A program made the translations under genes and the position numbers. Under the pieces are notes generated by a model that ran no database searches, was not told the origin of the DNA, and was given only the letters and a program-made list of their open reading frames with translations. This document shows, one piece after another, positions 24,613 through 37,289 of a stretch of 64,000 nt of DNA. The DNA comes from Azolla caroliniana (lineage: Eukaryota > Plantae > Polypodiophyta). How positions within the stretch are numbered: the stretch's first letter is position 1; every line of letters begins with the position of its first letter. Where the stretch lies: positions 35,836,001 through 35,900,000 of the forward strand of contig JBHGNT010000001.1 of assembly GCA_043228905.1 (NCBI GenBank), written 5' to 3'.

Positions 24613-26225
24613 TATGATCATGTCCGTGCTAGTGATCACCAATCCACCTTTTTATTACGCTGAAAACATCTTAAAGTTGAAAGAGCAGTGTATCGTATAC
24701 AAGTGTACCCTAAACCCACTGAAAACTAATGTTATCAAGTTGCTAAGAGGCCATGATGAACCATTATGTTTCAAGGTGTAAAACATGTGGAATATAGTCA
24801 TTATAATATTGCAACCAAGAAACCAAAATGCATCCGTCTCTGAAGCTGTTCTGAACATCCAGTGCAAAGATCAGAAGAGAAGCACGTAGGTCTACGGGGG
24901 AATAGCCATTCCCATTACAAGCATAAAAGACGATTTCAAAGCCAAGCTGTTATGGTGATAGGCAACATCCATCAGCACCTCTGGAATAGATGTATTAATC
25001 TACTGGTTAGCCTCAACCGTGAGAGAAGATTGAACTACGGAGAGATTGGGATCTCTCATTACAAGTTGGAACCTTCGGAAGAGAGTTGACGGTAGCCCTT
25101 GACAAGATTCTAGAGTGATTGGGTTTTGGTCAACTATCAAGGGGCTATGTTATATCCTATTTTGTTGCCCATATAGTGATATTATCTGTAGGTAAAAACA
25201 TCTGTTGTATATAAGGGGAAGTGCAGAAGTTAGAAATGTAGTTTCCGCTTCTCCCCACCAAAAAAGTTAAGAATTAATTGAACATGATATTTTTTAGTAC
25301 AGATGTAGTCATGGAACTACTCAAAAGAAGCAATGTTCAAAGTGTAGTTGTAAAAGATGTTTCATGTAATTTAGATGTAGTATGAAGTCTTGTTTGCATT
25401 TGTAGTGGTAATAAATACAAATATCCATTTCCTTTGTTTGGATGTTCTTTGCTGCGATGTCATGATTCTCATTCTTTATCATCCTCATGGTACCAATGCT
25501 ATTTTGCAATGTTTGATGAATCCATTTTGACCCTTGTGGTGATGGACTCTTGTGGAGGAAGGGGATATTCTATAGCTTTAGGAATACTAATATGAATAAA
25601 CCAATATGGAAAACAATTAACTTGCGGTTATGAGGGTCTGATCGGCCAATCTTTCTCAGTGAAATGTTGCTCCACAGCACCACCTCATGGTGCAAGCACA
25701 TAAACAACAAATAGGATGAAACGTAATAGGAGCTTATTAGGTTTCTGTCCACAACTGTAGTACAATCCAAGGAGGTTTAGAATCACTCAAAAGTTTCAAA
25801 CTGTAATGAAGACCATTTGTGGAGCTGCAATAAAGAATCTAACAATCTGATAAATGTTAGGGGAGGTAGTCATTTGATCAACAAGGGCTTGTATTGTACT
25901 AATCTTATGGAAGTAAACTGAGGGAGTAATTATATTTGCATTGTAACACCAATGCTCTAATATACCATAGTGTTATAGGCAACATAGAGGGTTGCAATTC
26001 ATGTCAATCATGGAAGTTACATGTCACCAAAAGTATAAAAAAATGCACAAACAAATATCTAGAAGAACATGTGGATTCCATTAAAAGGGAGTACTAAAAA
26101 GTACAGAAGTCTCTGACAACAGCTCATAGCCTATAAATTGTATGTCAATTGGCTCGTAACAATCTATGCTTGTGTGGTAAAATGATCAATTTTAGGCCTT
26201 GAAGTGGAATACATTATCAAGATAT

Positions 26226-29200
26226 TTAAGAAGATTGCTTTTTCAGCTTTGGTTTCAGCGCGATTTCTTCTATACTACTCTCACATGTTGTAGAATTGAT
26301 GGGGTCATTGTCTTGAAGGAAATTTAGGATATCTATGATTGTCATCGAAGATGCCTTTATAATCTTACTTGGAAGGCTTTGTTGCTTCACAATGCCCCGA
26401 GATGATGATGTATAAGAGTTAGTCTTATAGAAATTGAATTGCTTTGGTAGGCTCAAACTCCTCCCTATTTCAATAGGGATGGCCTTTTGGTCATGGTTAG
26501 AGGCATTGTCCTTGTGTTGTGAAATGTTTTTGTAGTAAATATATACTCCTAGTTGAATGGCACCCAAGAAGAAACCTATCACATTTGGAACCTATAAAAA
26601 AGCCATAAACTTAGCACATTGGATTAACGAATCAAAATAAATTTGGTGTCATTGTGTTTTATTTTATTTTTATACCTCAACAAATATGTCCTTGACGAGG
26701 ATAGCATAGAGAGACCAACAACCAGCATTGAGGAGTAGGAAGAGTGACAAAAAGAATGGCATGAACTCCACACTCTTTGTACGAACCACAGTACCCTATA
26801 TAAATTCCAACATTTATATTCTTTAAGGTCATTTTGTGAACACAAACTTTGCTTCTTAGATAAATCATTTTTGTAAATGCAAATTCCATTGCTTGTGAAA
26901 CTTTTAAATGGCTTTCGATGTATATAGTACATGACGAAGATGGTTCTAAGGTGGCGTTCCAACTACCCACAATTTAAACTATTGAGATCTTTATATCCAA
27001 TATGCAACTTGCACTATTTGTGTATCATCTTTTATGAGGAGAAAGTGATTAGCTTGATCCCCCTAGAGGATGTCTATCACCCCTCTAAATTGAGCTAGGT
27101 AAATTTTGATGTCTTGGAAGCTTATGATTTTGGACACAACAAAGAAACATAAATGAAAGTTTGTTTCTTTAATCTACATTTTTTATGGCATATGACTTTG
27201 CAATGTATCGCTTTCATTCATACCATGTTGATGTATCAAATGTCAATCTTATAAATACTCTTATGAGCAAACGGGTAGTGTGCATAATATGAGACCAAAA
27301 TTATGCCTAGAGATTTTTACAATGATTGCAACATCATTTAGCATGTTTTAGGATTGTTGAACACTTCATTGAGCTATCTATCAATTGTAGTTGACACCAG
27401 CTAGAAAAGAAAAGGAATGTGCTTCACCTTTACACGCAAGTGACTATGTGCCAACTTTGTGCACCCATACCATGGTTAATTGTTTAAATAGCCTAAACTC
27501 AACTAATAAAGAACCACACTTCAGGAAAAGTAGTTCACTCTACTCAAGAATAATATATAGACTTCTAAACATTCTCTACATGCTTCCATGACTGTGTTTA
27601 TCTTGTGTTGGACCAATGTAGATGTCAGGTAGGGCTTGCCTTCTCTTGTTTTCTTGATTATTGATCAAAGATGTCGTTTAGCAAAGGCCAGAAAACACGG
27701 GCAATTTTGAGGATTTTGCTTCACCAAATAGGAGGAAATAACCTAGGGGTCAAGTAGTCAATCAAAGCTTCCACAATGAAGAGAATCTTGTCCACGTCAT
27801 AGAGGAGTAGAGGAGCTATGGATAGCTCAAGTATAAGAATTCCCAACTTGTGGGTTAGTACCAAAAATCTCAATAAGCCACGCAACAAGCCAATTTATGA
27901 TTCGTGGGCATATCTCGATATTGAAAAGAAATTGGTTTTGGGAACATGAAAGTATTCAAGGGTGTGGTATGTAAATGGGTGGGGGGAAGATGAGAAACAT
28001 TGTGGGTTAAATGTGGAGTTGGAAGGATTCGAACCCGAGATGTCACAGAAATGAACATGAAACCCAAGGGGCTTTGGAGATTAAGTGGTGTATAAGGTAG
28101 CTTGCATCGAGGAATGCTCCAGGATTTGGAACTCTCCATAGAGAGCCACTAGTTTGCCAAGAGACATTACTTGAGCTTAATATATACATCATGTGGATGG
28201 TGTCTCCATGTTCATCTTCCCAATCATTGGCAAAGGTAGTCCTACTGAATAAGGTAGCTTGCATCGAGGAATGCTCCAGGATTTGGAACTCTCCATAGAG
28301 AGCCACTAGTTTGCCAAGAGACATTACTTGAGCTTAATATATACATCATGTGGATGGTGTCTCCATGTTCATCTTCCCAATCATTGGCAAAGGTAGTCCT
28401 ACCGTGGCAAATTATAGACACTCACTATGTTCTTCAAACTAGGTAATGTAGTTTTAATGTATTCTGTTGTCCATTTTTTGCCGCTCGTGTGTACACCCTT
28501 CCTCGTATGGTTGAGAGCCCACCCATTCCTAGCACATACATAACTAGTGTCTCAATGACTAGCCCAAAATAAAATGTATAGATTTTCTTACCAAGACAAC
28601 CATTGGAGAGGCATACATAGAGACAGAGATCGTGGAGCAAATGGTTCCGACCACATGCAACCTCTTGGAACCATTAGTTGCGAGCATAGTTATGGCTACG
28701 ATGATGCCGAAGAAGACAACATCGAACAAGAAGGTTAGCACCGCAGTTCGGATCTGTATAATCATGAAAACCAATATAAAATACTTTATTAGTGACAAGT
28801 GATGAGTGTTAATTAATCATTATGTATGATTTACCCGTACTATTACAAAAAATCTATTACCTTACGACGTTTGGGTGCATACAAAAGGAAAACAATAAGG
28901 TAGAAAGCTTGGAAAATGGTGCCAATTATGTTGATGGTGAGGATCAATATGCCTCCAGGCTTTAACAAGCCGTAATATGACCATAATGATGTGCTTAACA
29001 ATGTGCATACATACGGCAATCCTTTGAAGTTCTCAGTTGATTGTCGGCTCACAATCCTCCAAAACGTTGGCCTATAAGTGTGATATGAAGGTTTGTAAAG
29101 ATGGCATTCAAATAAATAAAGACATCTTAACATGTGAATATTGTTATTAACTCACAAGGAAGAAGAGAAAAGTAGGATGGACAAGATGTTCCCTTGATCA

Positions 29201-29361
29201 TATGCAAAAACAACATGAAAACTTCAAAATTTTAACTTAGGAGGATGAGAGCAAACATAAATTATGTGTGCATGTATAAATATGTGTATATACACATCTT
29301 GTGGAAAGGTTTGTGACGCACCCAAGATGCCAATTAGAGTGGGGATGATTGTAGGGGCCAT
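26226..29361 (-). CDS. SWEET: SWEET (MtN3/saliva) sugar transporter, SWEET16/17-like
   Basis: Exons 29361-29322, 29192-29156, 29071-28861, 28753-28592, 26795-26676, 26591-26226; sizes 40/37/211/162/120 match the typical SWEET layout. Motifs [60 protein letters not shown]. Confidence 0.95.
28092..28402. repeat. Near-perfect ~157-bp tandem duplication in SWEET intron 4
   Basis: ATAAGGTAGCTTGCATCGAGG...GGCAAAGGTAGTCCTAC starts at 28092 and again at 28249. Confidence 0.92.
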
Positions 29362-32300
29362 AACTCGTTGTGTGTGTGTGTGTGTGATTTTCAAATATAT
29401 GAAGAGTGAAAGAAGAGATTCACGTTGTTATTGTTTATATACATAAAGGTGGTCATGATATAATTCACTTGAACATCCTTTTGGGTGATCATGACTTTGC
29501 CACCTGCAAACCCCCCCCCCCCCCCCCTCTTGCTTTGCTTTTACATTCTATTACTACCTTTACACACTCTTATCCCTCTACACGGCATACATACACATCA
29601 CTATCGTTTATTATTCCACTCTTTCATGCCTTCTCTAAGGTGCAAACACATCACCAATTACCCCCCTCCCCCCCCCCCCCTTTTGTCTAATTCTTATGCC
29701 TGATGTTGTTTGTCACTTCATTAATTTGACCAATGCTCTCCTTGCTACCCTTTGTTAGATATTCATATTGCATATTGACCTCTTATTAAGCATTTTAACG
29801 AATTGGAACGTATTCCAACACCGTTACAACAATATTAAAGGCGGGTTTACCTCTACCATCCACGTTTTAGGTATGAAAGTTGTTAAGCAACACTCGACTT
29901 CCCTAATGAATATTGTGGAATGGGCCAATTGTCATGTGCAAATTGCAATGATGATCGTTTATTGACCAATGGATGGTGTCCACATGCTTGATTTGAAAGC
30001 ATACACTTATTTGTGTTTTAACAATGGTATACATTAGGATTCCACATCTTATGCCTATCAAGCAAGTATTATAAGACATGTGTCATCTTCTCAACACCTT
30101 CCCACAACTATTTTAACAAGACAAATGCATTATTCAACCATGCTTCCACCCACTTCTAAGTTCTTATTCACCAACTTAAAATATATTTCAGTAAGCATCC
30201 TATCTTCAATGCACCTTTGTCAAAGGTAAATTTTTTGGTTCTTAATTTCATGAAAAAGGAGCCAATGGACAAATATATGTTGGATGGTTGTCAATCATTG
30301 CCTAGAAAGTTAATGGACACTTGTCATTTCTTTTCTTTTCCATGGTCTATAGTGATTTGATGGTTTTGTATTGTTGTGGTCGATGGTTGAATACGAATAT
30401 AAATTGATGTTTAGTAATTATGAACTTTTTGTGTTGCCTCTAATTTAACGCTTGATAGGAAAACAACATCAATGATGGAACTTTATGTAGTTGAAGTTGA
30501 GGTGTCACAAAATGGTTATAGTAAAGCTCAAGGAAATTATCTAATTTTGTTGCACAATAGAATAGGTATGCATTGATTGATCCACTTCGAGTATAAATGC
30601 TACACCATCACACCCACCAATGCATTGGGCATTGAGCTTGTGTGTGTCTAAGATTTATCAAGGATTGGTTGCCACCAAGAGTGATATAACGTGGGAACTC
30701 TGATATTGACGCAATTGCAACTACAAGATGCCCTAAAAGTATGCTAACTTGAAGAGTTGTTTTTTAATGAGGTTGATTTCACAAACATACTGATCATTTG
30801 TGAATTCGCAAGGGCTCTAACGTGGAAGCATAATTCAAAATAAAGGGCATTAACACAATTAGATGTGCTTGATCAAAACTTCACCAAAGTGCAGCACTCT
30901 AATCAAATGTTTGAGGAACTACAACACTGCAACTAATTATGTAGAAATCGAAAGCAAAATCCATCACGGGAATTTGCAAATCGAATTATACAATGCAAAG
31001 CAATAAACTCTCATCTCTAGTTATTCCAGTTGAATCGCTTCTCTAAAAAAAAATATACAAAGATACATCTTACTACAATTGAATGCATGAGGAGATGATT
31101 GATGAGTAAGGATCACACAAATGCAGCAAACAATAATGCATGATAACCAATTCATGTGTGCCATGAATACCACCACACATAGAAGGTGCACAAGACAAGG
31201 TGTGACCAAGAGACAAAACTATTACAAGAGGAGTTAATGTGAATGAAAACTCTACCCATGATCTTCCTATCAAGAGCCTATATATCATTTGTTAGAAGCT
31301 CCATGTTTAATATTATGGTCTCATAACTATTGAGATAGTTTTTTTGTGAGCTTTGATAGGTGCTAAATTTTGTAGCACCTAGTTTTTATTGGGAGTTCAT
31401 TTGTGAGGGGATAGTGTAGCTCTTGACAAATAATCCCTTTGAAATCTATCATTTTCACATTTTTGTATACATGAGTGCAACTTGTCACCCTTTGCATTAT
31501 GGTACCCATGATGCAAATTATCCCCTCAGCAATGTAGCTTTTCTTAACCAAAACTCGCGAAACAATCCCCCATATCAACCTAATCTGGTGCATTGTAGGT
31601 TGAATGGTTCTAGCTATGACATAGGTGTTATACTTGCATCTACATCTTATTTTACTTTGCCCTTGTGTAAAATAATACTAGCTTACTATTTTACTTAAAA
31701 TATCCCATAGTAATGCATGTCCCTTTCTTTGCCTTACTATGTTGGCAGATTACAAGAGTAGGGCTAGTTCACAAGACATATTGAGAACACAATAAAATAC
31801 GCACAGGATTACTAGTTCCTTTTTCGCACAACTATTCTGGTACTACGGGCCATCCATGCGTATTTGACTGGCCATCACTATACTCATTGATCTGAAATGC
31901 AAAATATTCAAATATCCGTGGTTCATTGATCTTTTTTCTCTTTATGAATAAATTGTGATCTTCGTATGAATATGCTCATTTTATATTTCTTGGATTAAAA
32001 ATTGATAAATCAAATCAAATACATGCGTATATTCTCTGAACCTCTACGGCATCTAAGAGATGTAACTTCAAAATCAGGAAGGCTTAACTTCAAAATCAGG
32101 AAGGCTTACAAATCAAGCCAATCTCCTATCCAAATTTGTGGTTTACATTAGTGATACTTCCCAAATTACTATTATGGGTAAACATCTTAGTAAAGTTGTA
32201 TGTTTGAAGGCATCCAAAATTACTTTAGTGGGATGTGCATACTTACATAATGATGTGAATACAATCCTAGTATTAATGTGCACACTAAGAGCATAATTTC

Positions 32301-32635
32301 AAGAGTTCAACAGAACCATATAGAGACTCTAAGAAATGGAGAACGTTGCAAATTTATAAGCAAATAAGGCAAAGATATATGCAATGTCTGTGTAGGTCAT
32401 ATATGGATAAGAAAAAAATCATTGAATTCTTTAAATACAACAAACTACACTATATTCTTTCATTCATATAATGGATGCATGAATCAGCTCCAAACCAATG
32501 ATAGGGCCAGGCCAATTGATGAAGAACCTGACAACACAGAAACTCCTGAAAAGATGCAAAAAGGAGTCATCCATGCTTTAACGACCTTTCTCCTAGGTTG
32601 TTTGATATTGGTGAAGAACTGGGAAGCCTTCTTTT

Positions 32636-35600
32636 TTATGGCTTCCCTTGCTTTGAAGAATTAGCTCTACTGGAAATGTCACCGCGAGACCTTGCATCGG
32701 ATGTCTTTTTTCTCCTATATGTTGGCTTTGGTCTCTTCAGACCTGATTGTGGTCCCTCATCCACCTTATCATTAGGTGCATTTATGCCATTTCCAATCAT
32801 GTCATTTTCACCTTCCAATGACTGAGCATCAATGGACTTCTTTGATGATGTTGCATTTTCTTCACGAAGAGCTTTCTTTTTATGAAATATCTCCCTTTTT
32901 AATTTCTTAGCTTTGGCTTTAAGGGTGTCTGCATCTTTGACAATTTCACACACGGGCATTGTTCTATCGGAATATAGAAGATCAAAGTCAACTTCAAGAT
33001 CTTGAACCAAAACCCGATCACCTATTTCGAGTACTGTCATATCTACCACTATTTTTGCAGGCACTTCGGTTGCTTTGCAATTATAAAGAATATACTTTTC
33101 AAGCTTCATCAGTGTACCACCTATAGTACATTGTGGACTATATTAAGAAGTATCAGGAAAAAGTAGAACAAGAGTTCTAGAACATACTAACAATTCCAAA
33201 GGTGATTATGCTGTGGGAGAATCACCCTAATCCACATAAACTGCATTAACAATCTAAGGTACATTTGGCTGCTAAGTATATAATTTATTTAAGAACTCCC
33301 ACACATTCATGCACTCAGAGAAGATGCTTCTACATATGCACTAAGAGTCAAAGAACTCAATGAGAAGCTCTACAGTAATTAGAAATGGTTTGGATGAAGA
33401 ATTGGCACACTTGTTAAATGATTGATTATACCAAAGGAGAAAAATTCAATTGAATATCAATCAATTCTTCTATGTGAAAAACAAAGACGAGACACAATTA
33501 AGCAAAGAAGAGGTAAAAACTCAAAAGGTTCAGAATTCTTCACAAAAAGAGGAGGTAGAGCTCATTAGCTATGGGACCGGTTGAGCTCGAACCGAACCGA
33601 ACCGTTAAGCCATGGTTTAACAATTTACTGGTTCCAATATAATTAAAAGTTTAATTTGGTTCAATTATTATTAAACGGGTTGGTTTTAGATTGGTTTGGT
33701 TCTAAAACTCAGGTTTATAGGTTTAAGTGGTTCAGTTTATAGGTTCATTCGTTTTTGGTTAACTTTTTTTATTTCCTTAATGCTTTATTAATTTAATGGT
33801 TTAATTACTTTTTTTATTTATTTAAGTAATTTAATTTAAATGGTTATTTAATTTAATGGTTTAATTACTGTTTTTTTATTTATTTAAGTAATTTAATTTA
33901 AATGCTTATTTAATTTAATGGTTTAATTACTGTTTTTATATTTATTTAAGTAATTTAATTTAAATGCTTATTTAATTTAATGGTTTAATTACTGTTTTAT
34001 TTATTTATTTAAGTAATTTAATTTAAATGCTTATTTAATTTAATGGTTTAATTAATGCTTTTTTATTTATTTAAGTAATTTAATTTAAATGCTTATTTAA
34101 TTTAATGGTTTAATTAATGTTTTTTTATTTAATTAATTAATTTAATTTAAATGCTTATTTAATTTAATGGTCTAATTAACATCTTTTTGTTTATTGGTTT
34201 AATTATTTTTATTTTCATTTTATTTTATTTAATAATTTTTATTTTAATGTATTTTTGTTTCTTTAATTTTTTTAATTAATTTGACTTAGATGGTTTAAGT
34301 TTAAATTTTTTATTAAATGGTTCAGTTTGTTTTCAACTTTTCTCTAAATGATTTGATTTAAATGGTTTGGTTTACTTTTTCCTTAAATGGTTTGGTTTAA
34401 GTAGCGTGAGAGTTCATAAATGGTTTGGTTTGGTTTTTGTTTTCTATAAATGGTTCGGTTCAGTTTGGTTTAGTTTCAAGGCAAAGAAACTGAACCAAAC
34501 CGGGCTCATAACTAGTCATTAGGGCAACCAATCTTTAAAAAATCAGATTGAGTGAGTACTTCTCAAAAGTTTTGGATGATTTTTCGAAGCAAAATGGTAT
34601 GCTAGGACAATTAACTTGCAGGTACACACTCAACAAATTCATTTGGTCAAGAAAAAAATAGAGTTTTTATGGAACATGCAAGATGTATGCTTAAGGAAAA
34701 AGGTACGCTGCATGTGTTTACAGCAAAAAGGCTGAAATTTCAGCAACAAGCATAAATCTGTGTCATCTACAATGTCCTTATACCTCTTTTGAGAAATGAA
34801 ATCCAAAAAGAAGTTGATCATGAGTAAGGGAAGACTTTTAGTGGATTAAAATGAATCTCCCACAGCCTAATCATCATTGGCTTAGTGTGGTATACATTAT
34901 CTTGTGCTGGCCAGTTTATAAACCAAGTAATGTATATGTTTCAAGTTTCTCTCATATTTTGAGCATGTTTCATGGTTGATGAAGTACCCACCAAAACGTT
35001 TGACTATCAGCAGTATCTATTCACACCTATTTCAAGTTTTTCATGGCATTAACAATCCAAAAGTGATTACATACCTTTTCTCAAACCAGGACAATTTTCA
35101 ATGCCAAGATACTCCACAGGCACACCAAGCTTTAAGGTTCGGTCAGGATTCGCTCTAATAAACTGGATGTTGAGTATGTTGGTTTTTCCAGGGCCATAAT
35201 TCAACTGGAGAAACCAAGAGAAAACATGTTGCATTGACATATATACGAAGAGAAAACACATAGCTCCTAGTAAATGAAGCTTCATAACAGTGCATGAAAT
35301 TCATATTGAATGAAGGGTGAAACACCATTTGTATGATATTTAGCAGAATAACCCTAAGTTTTCAAAAATTACCAGATTATGCCTCTGTACTAGTAAATTG
35401 TGTACTATGAAAAGAGATTTCAGGGAGATTGATTATAAGAAAGAAATTACCTTTTCTGAGAGACCTAGGAGACTGAACAAAAGATTATATAAGAAAATGT
35501 TGCGTCATCTAGGAGAACAATAAAGGATAAGGGGAAATGAAACCGGCAAAAGTACATTCACAATTATTTCAATAATGAAAAAAATACTCGGGACATTCCA

Positions 35601-36642
35601 CGATCTTTTAAAAGTCTATAGATATTCACGTAAAAATATAGTGACCTGACACGAACCAAAATATCGACCTTGAATAAGATCTCCCGCATAGGCCAAACCA
35701 AGATATGGGGTGATAACTGAAGTAAGAAAAATCCTCAAACATTCACATCTTTTACATAGAAATGCCTGCTTTAAGTTTTTCATGATGCTCCAATGCATTG
35801 ACATAATGGATATACTTGCGCATTCTTAAGGATCTCCAATATGTGCTATTCTAAGATATTGAAAGGTCTGCCATAGTGAGAAATCGCTCTCAAAAACCCA
35901 CGTCCTATATATACATATGTACATGAGATCCAGCATAGTTACATGTCTCCATTTCAATTCCATGATCACCCATACTTCCAACAGAGATAGTCACACTCCA
36001 TTTTCTCATCAAAGACAAAAATCATTGTTTTGCATTTCATAGTGACCATCATGAAAAATTGTGGTATACATTGATTGATGTTGTACTCACATTTCGAGGC
36101 AAGACTTGGAGGCTTTCTTTGATGACTTCCGAGTTGGGATCACAGTAAATATTCATGTCGAAGACACGAGAGATGAAGTCCCGTTTCCCAATGAGTTTAA
36201 GGATGGCAGCAATCGGCTTAGCATCCAAAGAAAGAAAAATATCTCTAGAACCATCTTCTTTCTTTTGCCTCGATCTTGAGCTCGACCTCTTATAGTCATC
36301 ATTCACAAGCACCGCAGGGATACGTCCTTCGTCACGAACCTTAATGGGAGTAGAATATTGAGCTTTCGTCTGGCTCCGTAGGTACGCTCGAAGAAGCTTA
36401 GGGGGTGATTCTCGAACTTCATGTTCACTATCACAGTTATCGCATGTCCTTGCGACAGTGCTAAGGCCACTACAACAATGTCCGTGCTCTAATCCTTGAT
36501 AAGTCTCCGTTACTGTTACTGCCGCTGCTGTTGCAGCCGTGGTTTCTGCTTCTGTGACGAATTGCCACACGGTCCTCGTGGTGGATATGGATCGATGGGG
36601 ACCTGCGCCCAACACGAGTACAGAAAGCTTCCTCGCCAGCAT
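32636..36642 (-). CDS. Nuclear-encoded organellar (probably mitochondrial) ribosomal protein bL25/CTC family
   Basis: Exons 36642-36091, 35204-35075, 33120-32636 (GT-AG, phases 0 and 1). Presequence-like N-terminus; VRDEGRIPAVL; VLPRN; ILNIQFIRA..LKLGVPVEYLGIENCPGLRKGGTL; VPAKIVVDMTVLEIGDRVLVQDL. Confidence 0.9.
33566..34514. mobile_element. Non-autonomous TIR element (hAT-like) in bL25 intron 2, with an internal ~60-bp AT-rich tandem array
   Basis: Imperfect 15-bp TIRs (TAGCTATGGGACCGG vs reverse complement TAGTTATGAGCCCGG, 12/15). AACCG/GGTTT subterminal repeats. About 6-7 copies of TTTAATTTAAATGCTTATTTAATTTAATGGTTTAATTAC...TTATTTAAGTAA at 33775-34180. TSD imperfect. Confidence 0.65.
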
Positions 36643-36674
36643 CACGCTCTCTGTCTGGTTGTGTCTGTCGCACG

Positions 36675-36682
36675 TAGGGTTT
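36675..36682 (-). promoter_or_regulatory. Telo-box (AAACCCTA) in the bL25 5' leader
   Basis: TAGGGTTT on the + strand, ~35 nt upstream of the ATG. Telo-boxes are typical of plant ribosomal-protein genes. Confidence 0.55.
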
Positions 36683-36736
36683 TAGCTCTGCACAGAGTGG
36701 CCAGCTCTCATTATTTCTCCAACTGCCCTTCTTTCG

Positions 36737-36800
36737 GGTCTTGGTCTTGGTCTTGGCCCTGGTCCTGGTCCTGGTCCTGGTCTTGGTCTTGGTCTTGGTC
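36737..36800. repeat. Hexamer microsatellite (GGTCTT/GGTCCT)n upstream of bL25
   Basis: About 10 tandem hexamers visible in the sequence. Confidence 0.9.
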
Positions 36801-37255
36801 TAACATACTTCTGCTTCAGTAGAGTTTATTTCTCCACAATACTGTTATTTCTTGTACTGCCTCTCTGTGTTTTCCTTTTGCCCCAAACCAAAGTTTTTGC
36901 TTATTCTCCATAAATGCCATGTTCCAAACCCCGCTTACCGTTGTATGTGCTAATTCCCCTACTACTTATGTTCAATCACGCTAGTATTTGGGATGATAAT
37001 GAACATTTACATGCTTTTTTCTGTTAAAGTAAAGCAACATGTTAGGGTATTTTCAAACTTCTTTGTGCGGCTTCCATGTGCATGATATCGGAACACATCT
37101 ACGAACCAATGGAGTTCTACCTCCTGATTGACATTGTTGAGACGAAATATCTAGACCGATGTTTACCCTATTCGTAGCGAATCAAGTGACATTGGTTGTT
37201 AATCACCTTGGAGCATGTAGCTTTGGAGCCTTGGACTAACTAGCACTTGCACTTG

Positions 37256-37289
<34 letters not shown>

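Noticed and set aside
24293-24781. 162-aa ORF with (NP)n/(NQ)n repeats resembling circumsporozoite-type repeats
   Set aside because: Alternative frame of the hexamer repeat in the last HAP2 exon; splice phase selects the KS/SE frame.
33775-34180. Regular repeat array considered as CRISPR-like
   Set aside because: Head-to-tail minisatellite with no unique spacers, in a eukaryotic intron, with no cas genes.
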